Positions 14,801 through 26,700 of a stretch of 64,000 nt of DNA are shown here, piece after piece. Position 1 is the first letter of the stretch. Each line of letters opens with the position of its first letter. The stretch comes from Octopus vulgaris (lineage: Eukaryota). Position numbers and translations under genes: made by a program. The notes under the pieces were generated by a model that saw only the letters and a program-made list of their open reading frames with translations, made no database searches and was not told where the DNA came from. The stretch is from assembly GCA_951406725.2 (NCBI GenBank), contig OX597814.1:1178001-1242000 (forward strand). Reading direction: 5' to 3'.

Positions 14801-15417
14801 TCGAATACTTTATAACTACCACCCCAAACGTTTTACCTTCAATTTTTGATGTACCCTAAGGGTCCTCGGACGCTACTTGCAAACTCTTGGTTTATTATAA
14901 GCCGCTTTTGTCGTGTGCACCGGAAAACCTTTTCCATTCGTTTGTTCAGTTTGGTCACTTTTAACTTTTCGTTGTTGTCACTCACATTGTTGCCCGCTTT
15001 TTTGCCGTTTTGGTACATTTTTATACATTTTGGGATACTTATCCCACATGTTCCTTTTTATTACACCTTTGCCAAACTCATTGTTTCCACCAAAATACTT
15101 ACCCCACATGTTCCTTTGTATTACACCTTTGCCAAACACATTGCTATCCACCAAAATGCCACCCAAGAAGAGAAGGACCCTCCTCAGCCCTCGGACGACC
15201 AAGGCATCGGCTGCTAGGGCTTGAAGGGCACGCAAGACCCACGAGGACTAGATCGGGATTAGTCGTTGCCTACTAGGGGCTCTTACATACCCGGGCAACG
15301 CTGCTAGTATATATATATATATGTTATTATGGTTGTAGTTTTGTTAATTAAATAAGACACATTCTAATATCCTAAAGCTGATAAACCAACTAATGTGTTT
15401 CTCCATTTTATTATTTG

Positions 15418-15454
<37 letters not shown>

Positions 15455-16555
15455 CAACAATTGAGGGTAAAATTAATTAATTAATCAATTTCACCAAGTA
15501 TTCAGTATACAAAGGGACCATTTAAGGCGAATTCAAATTATTACATTATATAAAAGGGCTTAGTAAAATAAATTACTTTGCCGCATACTGAACTCATTAG
15601 AAATAGCAGCTAAAAAAACTTTTTTAAAACTATCTCCAATACTTAAAGAAAATCTCTCTCATATAGTGTTTGCTCAATTCAACTCACGAAAGTATGAGGG
15701 TAGAGACATTAAAAGATCAAATGCAAAGGTTATTTGAGAACGTACGTTTCAAGATTAGTCAAAATCGACACTTCTATCATCAGCTCAGAACTCCCTGGTT
15801 TGGATTTGAAAACACTGAAAGCGGGAGCATACCCTTTCGGCCTGTTATCGCTTCTGAAGATCTGTTCAAAACAAACAGTGTTAGCAAATTCAAATATGCA
15901 AACGAAGAATTTCTGCTCTCCCCTTTCCACCAGCGTGGGTTAAAATCAGCAAACACTATGCTTTTTCGGTAAAATCCGAGGCATTATATAGAGAGAGATG
16001 AATTATAATTTCAACAATTGAGGGTAAAATTAATTAATTAATCAATTTCACCAAGTATTCAGTATACAAAGGGACCATTTAAGGCGAATTCAAATTATTA
16101 CATTATATAAAAGGGCTTAGTAAAATAAATAACTTTGCCGCATACTGAACTCATTAGAAATAGCAGCTAAAAAAAACTTTTTTAAAACTATCTCCAATAC
16201 TTAAAGAAAATCTCTCTCATATAGTGTTTGCTCAATTCAACTGACGAAAGTATGAGGGTAGAGACATTAAAAGATCAAATGCAAAGGTTATTTGAGAACG
16301 TACGTTTCAAGATTAGTCAAAATTGACACTTCTATCATCAGCTCAGAACTCCCTGGTTTGGATTTGAAAACACTGAAACACTTTTAATGTCTCTACCCTC
16401 ATACTTTCGTGAGTTGAATTGAGCAAACACTATATGAGAGAGATTTTCTTTAAGTATTGGAGATAGTTTTAAAAAAGTTTTTTTTAGCTGCTATTTCTAA
16501 TGAGTTCAGTATGCGGCAAAGTAATTTATTTTACTAAGCCCTTTTATATAATGTT

Positions 16556-16587
<32 letters not shown>

Positions 16588-19500
16588 TCAGTTGCATTTC
16601 AACAGTATTTTCTACATGTTCTTGTTGTTGTTGTTGTTCCAGCTTTGACTTCAGCCAACTGCACCATGTGAACCAAGTACAACTATCATCAGCTCCACTA
16701 CTTCTGTCTCTTCTGGAGAAATCTTCTGAAGACTTTGCCTTAGCTTCTTCTTTTCTAATCATTCTTCATCAGGTAAGACATATTTCAACTGTTAAACCCT
16801 GTCCTTGTCCTCCATAATCCCATAACAGAAGAGAATTCTGTTAGGAGATTGAATTTTTTTAACCATCATCATCATCATCATTTCACATCTGTTTACCATG
16901 CTGGCGTGGGTTGGATGATTAGAAAATTACTATTTGTAAATCTCAGAATGAGAGATATTCAGCAACAGTACTTTGGAGTAAAGATTGTTTGTCAACATAA
17001 AATGGCAGTCCTGGTTTAGGACGAATGCTGCTGTAATTTAGCCCCTATACGACACGATCTGTGTCCTTATATTTTCAAACAAGGGAATGTAGCACCCCCA
17101 CTCAGCTCAATATCTGTATATTGCAATTTCTGGGTTATTTCCCTTCATCAGCATAGAATAATTGTTTGGCTAGAGGTGGTGCTGCCAAATCCCTGTTTGA
17201 AATATATTGAAATATATAGTTTTCAAAGTGACAACTAGACACTGTTCTATAAATTAGAAAATTACTTTTTTTAAATCTCACAACGTGAGATATTCAGCAA
17301 CGATACTTTGGAGTAAAGATTGTTTGCCAACATAGCATGGCAGTCCTGGTTTAGGATGAATGTTGAAAATATATGTGTTGTATAGCCACCTGGAGACGAT
17401 GTCTCCTGGGGCTAAATTGCAGCAACATTTGTCCTAAACCAGGACTACCATGTTATGTAGGCAAACAATCTTTACTCCATGAGTTGGATGGTTTGACAGG
17501 AACTGGCAGGCCAGAGAGTTGCACCAGGATCCAATTATCTGTTTTGGCTTGGTTTCTATAGTCGGGTGCCCTTCCTAATACAATCACTTTACAGAGTGTA
17601 ATGGATGCTTTTTTCATGGTGCCAACACCAGTGCTTTCAACGTGGCACCAGCATGGGTGCTGTTACGTGACGCTAGCACAGGTGCTTTTAACATGGCACC
17701 AGGGGGGGTTGCCAAATAGCTTGCAAGACAAAAACCTCATGAATATGAAACTATTTTAAAATAACGGAAGAAATATATCCAAACACCCACAGAGAAATAT
17801 ATTGGTTTATAACCAAGTAAATGTATTGGCATTGACAGTTTTTTTGTTACATCGTAAAAGGTTTAATACAGTACAACGTGGTGAAATGGTTCCTGTTTCT
17901 TGCCGTGGATTGAGAATCACAGGGTAGAGCCAAAGTGTTTTCCTCTTTTTACAGGCTGGCAAACGTTTTGCAAGGAATGCATTAAATGCTTTGATCCAAA
18001 CCATGATGGAAACTGAAAGAAAGACCCTAAAATAGTAGTAAAACATTAGTTACAAGAAGGTACTGTTATCTGTCACCAAGCAACAACAGTTATTAATATG
18101 ACTACCATGTGTCAGAGCGAAAGGAATGAGAAGAGGTTTTTCGGTGACATTTTGTGCAGTGTAAGGAGCGGGGAGAGAATATATAAAATTATTGTTATGC
18201 CATGCTTGAGAAGAAAACCCATCAAGCTAAGTAAAATTGCAGTCGTGGCAGATACTGGTGTCACACAAATGGCACCCATGTTGGTGGCACGTATAAAAGC
18301 ACCCATTATACTCTCAGAGGGGTTGGCATTAGGAAGGACATCCAGCTGTAGAAAACCATGTCAAAACAGACTGGACTGTGGGGCAGGCTTCCAGCTTGCC
18401 AGCCCTGGTCAAACTGTTCAACCGAGGCCAGCATGGACAACGGACTTTAAATGATGATGATGATGACTTAGGTTGCAGTTTTATGACCAAGATGACATTT
18501 CTATATGTTCTCTCTCCCTCTCTCTCTCTCCCTCTCCCTCCCTCTCTCTCTCTCTCCCTCTCTCCCTCTCTCCAGCCAGTGGTCAGTTTGTAATTTATAT
18601 CCAAATTCTTTATTGCAGATGTTTGAATGTAATTCTGTGATTTGTGCTGCTTTGATGGACTCTGGACTCACTGAAACCCTCTGCAATTTCTTGGCTAAGA
18701 TGAACCAGTTTTACAACAGGTAAGTTATCAGAGTGGGTGGTGGTCATGGTGATGGCAATGGTGGTTGTGGTGTAAAAGTGTGATGTTGAGGTGTTATTTC
18801 AGTGCTGCAAGTGTTGCCAGAACAATGGACTGTGGTGGTAGTGGTGGTGGTGGTGGTGGTAGTGAATTGTCATAATAATGATAGTGGTTTCAAATTTTGT
18901 CACAAGGCCTTTGACTTTCCCTCGGATAACACTGGTGGTGTGGAGAGGGGAGGCCAGAATGCATGGGCGACTGCTGGTCTTCCATAAACAACCTTGCCCG
19001 GACTTGTGTCTAGGAGGGTAACTTTCTAGGAGCAATCATGTGGTCACATGACCGAAGGGGGTCTCAGTATATAATATAGGTTGATATTTGTTATATTTTT
19101 AGAGTGTGTGTTCTTAGAGAGTCTTTTATTTCATAACTTCAAAGTAAGATCTGGTGGTTGCCATTTAAGTTTACTGAGAAATACTTCAAATGAATCCCTC
19201 GACAACAAAATGTCATCTTGCTTGGAACCTATCACAGCTTTCATTTATTATGGTTTCCTTCTGCAGTTCTTTGCTGCAGGGTGTGGCTCTCCAAAAGAGC
19301 TTCCCACATCTTACAAGTTGACAAACATTCCAACATCAAATGCATGGTGTGTGCCACCAGTCCTAACTATGATGCTAACTGAGAAAATAGTTTCTCATTA
19401 GCAACATGAAGACATTAATTTGACTAGGGCTACCCTACTGGCTTGTGTAAATTTTGGGAGGTTTTTCTGCCGCACACTGTGTAAGTGAGTGTGTTAACCC

Positions 19501-22500
19501 TTTCGTTACTGTATTTATTTGGAGATGCTCTGTGTTTCTTTCAATTACTTTAAATATAACAAAGAACTTAGTAAAATAACTTAGTTATCATTCAGCTAGT
19601 GTTAGGAACATAAATTTTGACTAAGGTTTGGTGGAAGATTTGAATTCAAAACTTATGAAAACAAGACATTTGTACTACAGAGCCAGAGGTGGTTTTAGCC
19701 AGGTCAGTATGAAAAGGGTTAAATTAATCATTTGTTAACCCTTTTGTTACCATATTTCTGTTGAGATGCTCCGTGTTTCTTTCAATTAATTTTAAATATA
19801 ACAAAGAATTTAGTAAAATAACTCAGTTATCATTCAGTTAGTGTTAGGAACATAAATTGTAACTAAGGTTTGGTGGAAGATTTTAATTCAGAACTTATGG
19901 AAACAAGACATTTGTATCACAGAGCCAGTTTCAGCCAAGATGGTAACGAAAGGGTTAAATCAATGATTCTTGTTTTATTTGCTGTGTTTTTGTTATTCAT
20001 AACTGTTTTTTATTATTGTTGTTCTCTTCCACAGACCAATGGATGAACGGCAAACAGTATTTGATCGACTGAAAAAACTCTTCACAGCTGTAGCTCTCAG
20101 AGAATTTAGGTAATTTCATTGGATTTAAATGAAAAAAAAAAAAGAAACGAAAGAGAGATGTATGTGTGTGAATTCAAATCTGCTGAAATCTTAGGTCCTT
20201 AAACTTTTAACATTTAAATCACTCAGGCACGACCCAAATATTGTACTTGTTTTATGTTCACACTGACCAGATCAGACCTCTCAGACCTAACCTATAATGT
20301 CATTCTAAAAATAAACATTGACATCATCAAAGTCTTGAATTTATGAGTTAATGCATGATTAATTAAAAACTATGAATAAATAAGCATTTCATTTGACAGA
20401 AGTCTGGTGCAGGCTTCTGCCTGGCCAGCTTTTGTGGTACCATCCCACCCATGGTAGCATAGAAGGCAGATGTTAAACGATGATGATGATGGTGATTTAT
20501 CCAAAGTTTCATGCTGTGGGACTGGACCCTAAACTACATCGTAGTCAGGAAGATTTTACCCTTTCTTATTTTCAAATCTATTTTACAGTTCCAAACAAAT
20601 TATTTAAATGATTATTTAATTTCTGTCTTTCAGCCTTAGTGGAAACTCTCATTATCAAAACTTTGAAGAAATTCTCAGCCTCCTGAAAGCTCTTGAAGAA
20701 CGAGAAAAAATAGTCTATGGTAAGTTCTTCCACTTTATATTTACAGCAGTTGTTGTTTAGCCCCTGGTCAGCCTTGATTGAGCAGACTATGATTAGAAGC
20801 ATTGCAGTCATGACCATCCTTTTTAAGTATACTTTATCCAAGACTATTCTTTATTCTGAATCTACATTTTGTTCCCTATTTAAGATGGTATGTTGGTCAT
20901 TCTGTTCCATCTTAACTATTCCCACTAGTTCTCAAGCCACCCCTAAACTCTGCCCATAAATTTACTCAGCATTTAATCCCTTAGCATTAAAACTGGCCAC
21001 ATGCAGCTCCAATATCTTCTCAAACCAGCCAGATTTGACCTCTCCCACCTACCCTGCAATGACATTGTAAAAACAAACAATCACATCATTGAAATCTTGA
21101 ATCTGCAAGGTAATACAAGATCAATTCAAACCAATGTGACTAAATATACATATTTACGAGAGTAATCTGAATGCTAAACGGTTAACTCTGAGTACCAACT
21201 CAGAATAGTTCCAGACCCAAACAATGTATTACCTCCCCCACCACACACACTTCCATTCTAATGCTGAACTGGTTTTTAGTCTAAAACTTCCATCTTTTAC
21301 AGGTCCATCATCCTTTGAGGTGAAGAACATAAAGCAATTGGAATATCATATTTTTTACCAAAGTCTTCAGTTTGTGGAAGTGCCACATGAAAATAACAGT
21401 TCTTCAGCACAGAGGGGCCGCAGTAAAACAAACAGTAAGTGAAGATTGGTTGCCAACATTGTGAGATTTACAAATCATCATCATCATCATCGTTTAACGT
21501 CCGCTTTCCATGCTGTCATGGGTTGGACGATTTTGACTGAGGGCTGGAGAACCAGATGGCTGCATCAGGCTCCAATCTTGATTTGGCAGAGTTTCTACAG
21601 CTGGATGCCCTTCCTAATGCCAAGCACTCCGAGAGTGTAGTAGGTGCTTTTATGTGCCACTGGTACAGGGTCAGTCAGGCGGTACTGGCAATGACCTCGC
21701 TCAAATCTTTTTACACATGCTACCGGCACAGGTGCCAGTAAGGCGATGTTGGTAATGATAACGCTCGAACGGGGCCCTTTTATGTGCCACCGGCATGGAG
21801 CCAGTTGGCTGCTCTGGCAACGATCATGCTCAGATGGTGCTCTTGGCACCCTACTAGCACAGGCACAAGTGCCAGTAAGGCGATGCTGGCAACGATCACA
21901 CTCGAATGGTGCCCTTTTATGTGCCACTGGCACGGAAGCCGGTTAGCCTCTTTTGCAAACAGTAAGTGGTTGGCATTTATTGCCAGAATCCTCCATGTGG
22001 TGTTTTTCTGGTGCCATCAGAATGCTAGCTACTAGGAACTTCTTTTAGCAGCATCCCGAAGGCTAGTAGCTGTTTCAACCTGTGGTGTCAGTGTCATGTA
22101 GAAAGCATTGGTGATGGTACCATATAAAAAGCATCCAGTACACTTTGTAAAGTGGTTGGCATTAGGAAGGGTGTCCAACTATGACAACTATGTGAAAGCA
22201 GACATTGGATCCTGGTACAGCTGTCTGGTTAACCTGCTCCTGTCAAACTGTCCGACCCATGCCAGCTTGGAAGATGGACGTTAAATGATGATGAACAGCT
22301 AATAGCATTTAACGCACTTTATATCTATATTCATATTGTGGGGAATAATATGGAATGATTAAAATATGTGAGACAGAGATGGGAGGGGCCAGGGTGAAGG
22401 CCACAGAGATGGGAGGAGCCGGGGAAAGGTCGCAGAGATGTGAGGAGCCAGGGGGAAGGCCAGAGATGGGAGTAGCCGGGGGACGGCCACATAGATGGGA

Positions 22501-23563
22501 GGAGCCAGGGGGAAGGCCACATAGATGGGAGGAGCCAGGAGGAAGGCCACATAGATGGGAGGAGCCAGAGGGAAGGCCATGTAGCTGGAAGGAGCCAGGG
22601 AGAAGCCCACATAGCTGGAAGGAGCCAGGATGAAGGCTGAGTTCCTTTCAAGCGTTGTGCCTCATGGAGGCAATGACCAAGATTTTTGGCATTATGTCGT
22701 GCTTGAGAAGAAGACCCATCAAGCCAAGAAAAATTGCAGTTGTGACAGATATTGGTGTCACGCAAATGGCACATAAAAACACCCATTATACTCTGAGTGG
22801 TTGGCGTTAGGAAGGGCATCCAGCTGTAGAAAACCATGCCAAATCAGACTGCAGATTTCCAGTTTACCAGCCCTGGTCAAACCGTCCAACATATGCCAGC
22901 ATGGACAACGGACATTAAACAATGATGATGAGGAGGAGGATGAATTAGTAGTCCCTCTAGTCTTCCATTAGGGTATCTTCTGGTATATCACTAGTGATCC
23001 CTCTGGTGTACCATAGGAGATCTTGTATTCATGTTTTAGCATTAATTTGTTGTTATATTAGGGGCCACTGTCATTCTTTACTATCACATTCTGGTGTTAC
23101 CTTAGGGGTTCATTTATATCTTAATAGTAATATTAGGGCCCAAATTATTATTTTTTTTTTTGATGACCCTTCTGTTTATTTATTTTGCGATTATTTATTT
23201 ATTCATTTTTCTGTTCTATTTCAAGATGAGCAACAACAAAGCCTAAAAAACAAGGAACTGAAGAATTCGCAGTGGTCTTTGTTGCCTTTGTCTGATCCCA
23301 CAGACAAATTCCTCTCCAACATATCCCAGTGGTCAACTCTATGGGGTCAGAAAAAGAAGAAAGAGACCAATAAAGTGGCAGGTTCTGAACTCTCTGACCG
23401 TTTAAGAAAATTAATTGTCATGGCTGTGGATCTGGTAGTGTTTGGGGGTAAGGACCTTTGTTTTTGCTTGTTTTTTTTTTTGTTTGGTGTGTGGAGGTGC
23501 TGTACTCTTATTTGTGTTGTAGAGTACTTTCGCTCAATATTTATTTGTCTGAGTTGACAAATG

Positions 23564-23595
<32 letters not shown>

Positions 23596-23704
23596 CAGAC
23601 GTGGTTATGTGGTGAAGAAGCTTGCTTTGCAACCATGTGGTTTTGGGTTCAGTCCCACTGTATGGCACCTCAGAAAAGTGTCTTTTAGCATAACTTCAAG
23701 CAGA

Positions 23705-23747
<43 letters not shown>

Positions 23748-26700
23748 ATCCCTCCAGCTGGGTAATCATGTATTTCCTATACAGCAGCACACCTGTTTCT
23801 TTCCTCATTCTCTCTCTTTCTCTCCCTCTCTCCCCTCCTCTACAGAAAGCTACCTGTTTCTGTCTCTCTTTCACACTCTAAACTTTGATCATCTGACATA
23901 AGATCACCACCTCCAATGCCCCCTCGCATCTCAAAGGTTCTTTGTCTTGCAAGGTATTTGGTGACCCTACCAGTGCTGGTGCCACATAAAAAAAAAAAAA
24001 GCATTCAGCCCACTCTGCAGGGAGATTGGTATTAGGAAGGGCATTCAGCTGTAAAAACCATGCCAGAAGAGATGCAGAAGTCTGGTGCAGTCTTCCATCT
24101 AGTCAGATCTTGTCAATCCATCTAACCCATGCCAGCATGGATGGCAGATGTTAAATGATGATGAGGATAATGATAAATAATAACAAGTAAATATGGGGTT
24201 GAAAATAGCTTTTTGGATAGAAATAATCAATGGTTATTTATAGCCTTATGTGATGTGCTGCCAGAGCTAATGTTCCAAAAATTGAATTATTTTATAGTGT
24301 GTTGTCAACATCATCATCGTTTAACGTCCGTTTTCCATGCTGGCATGGGTTAGATGGTTTGACTGAGGTCTGGAGAACCAGAAGGCTGCACCAGGCTCCA
24401 ATCTGATTTGGCAGAGTTTCCACAGCTTGTTGCCCTTCCTAATGCCAACCACTCCGAGAGTGTAGTGGGTGCTTTTTACGTGCCACCAGCACAGGGGCCA
24501 GTAAGGTGGGCATGGTGTGCCTTAAGATGCTCCCCTTTTATAGTGTAGTCAGTGTGGTGTTATTGTTGTTAATCCCAGGTCATCTCTGACTGGCCCAAGT
24601 CTATGATCAGTGACATTCCAGCCATACCCAGCCATCCTTCTATCAATAATCGCATATCTAGGATCACATTCTCCAGTTTGTTCTGTTCTTTCCATGATGG
24701 TAGCATGTAATTTGAGTGAAATTTGGTTGTTATTCCTAGCAGCGTGAATGCCCACTTCGCCTTTGTCAGAGTGGCAATAGCACTGCTGTGCCATCAAAAT
24801 GGTATGTTTGTCAATTATGGTGTAATATGTGGCTTTGATGTCTCGTATTGACTGATATATTCTCTAACAATAGATCTTTATTATATAATTCATTCATGTA
24901 TACATATTGCTATATTAATATATCTAGATAATGACTCCAGCTCCATAGCTACTGGACTTAAGTTGACCTTTGTATTCAATGGACCCAGTGACGCATTTAC
25001 ATCAGATAGCCAGTTTCGGACACATCTGCTGGACTTTTTAGTGAAATCTTTGGCCAGCATACAGGTCAGTATATGTCCTTCTTTCTCCCAATCTTCCTTG
25101 CTTTTCTGTCTCCTTCCAATGCTGCAACCTTTCTTCTGGCCCCTCCCATTGCTGCGGCCTTCCCCCTGGCTCATTCCATCGCTACGGCCCATCGCTACGG
25201 CCTTCCCTTTGGCTCCTCCCATTGCTGCGGCCTTCCCCCTGGCTCGTTCCATTGCTATGGCCTTCTTCCTGGCTCCTCCCATTGTTGCAGCCTTCATCCT
25301 GGTTCCTTCCAGCTGTGTGGTCTTCCCCTGGCTCCTCCCATCTATGTGGCCTTCCCCCTGGCTCCTCATATCTATGTGGCCTTCCCCCTGGCTCCTCCTG
25401 TCTATGTGGCCTTCCCCCTGGCTCCTCCTGTCTATGTGGCCTTCCTCCTGTCTATGTGGCCTTCCCCCTGGCTCCTCCCGTCTATGTGCCCTTCCCTCTG
25501 GCTCCTCCCGTCTGTGCCCTTCCTCCTGGCTCCTCACATCTATGTGGCCTTCCCCCTGGCTCCTCCCATCTATGTGGCCTTCCCCCTGGCTCCTCCCATC
25601 TATGTGGCCTTCCCCCTGGCTCCTCACATCTATGTGGCCTTCCCCTATCTCCTCTCATCTCTGCTGGCTCCTCCCATCTCTGTGGCCTTGACCCTGGCCC
25701 CTCCCATCCCTGCAGCCTTTCTTCTGTGAAAGGCTGGGTATGGTCAGTTTAAATGCTAAAGACTTAAAGAAAGACCACATTAAGTAACTTCGTATATGGT
25801 CATGGCTGAACACCTCTTATGACAAGTCTATTCGACCAGGGTTGACCGGGGGCAGGAGGGGCTGAACAAACCCTAATAAAATCTTATAAGAACCAGCCAG
25901 AGTTTTTCTTATGGAACCAATATTTATTAATTAATTTAATGACCCTCTGTTAATTATTGCTCTTTCTCTCTCTCTCTCTCTCACTCTATTTTCCCTTATT
26001 CTAGGAAAAAGGCATTTTACAGTCAAGAAAACCCAAAGCTTCTGTCTTCCACAGTGCCAAAGACACCCTCCTTAAACAAGTAAGTCAACCATCCAGTCTT
26101 CTTCCTTCAGCATCTTTTGTTTTCTTTATTCTGTTACACTCTTCCCTCAGACTTGTGCATAGCTTACATAGGTGCAGTTACCCCACTTGACAGCAGGTTC
26201 AAACAAACTGGCACTAGATGGCGTTAGTGTGTGAGATTCTGGCATGAGCCCTTACGACTACCTCTTTCTGCATCGGGATGCAAAACTGTGAAGTCTTAAC
26301 CTAACTGCCTCTCTCTCACACCACACAACAGTAGCAGATAGGAGCTAACGCACAGGAGAAGACTATAGCCTCCACGCATCAAACCATTTTCATTTATCAT
26401 TCAGTTTGTGTATGTACGTGTGGCCATATTAAAGGTGTATAAAGTCACAGCCTTGTTTTATATATTCTTTATATCGGGTTTTGTGTCAAATGATATTACA
26501 GCCTTCTTAGTAGAGTTACATTAGATGGAATACAACCTGGAGAGCAGACGTTAAATGACGATAATATATATATATGAACTTAGTGTGTTGTTAGATACTC
26601 AGAACAACAACATACATCTATATGAGAAATTAAATGTTTGAAGTAAACATACATGAATACACAGAGGACATTTTCTGAGGAGGTTGATTAAGACTGAAAT

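Noticed and set aside
22372-22632. CRISPR-like periodic array
   Set aside because: Head-to-tail units with no unique spacers, no cas genes, and a eukaryotic intron context.
24890-25752. Overlapping 176-245 aa ORFs with 10-aa repeats
   Set aside because: They are read-throughs of the stop-poor 30-bp minisatellite, open in several frames on both strands; only 24928-25064 is exonic.
26285-26370. Intronic RNase P/MRP RNA (gaagtctt / aagactat P4-like pair) or telomerase template (taacctaac)
   Set aside because: Only about 70 nt separate the P4-like halves, too short for RNase P/MRP; the template would encode TTAGG rather than the molluscan TTAGGG.
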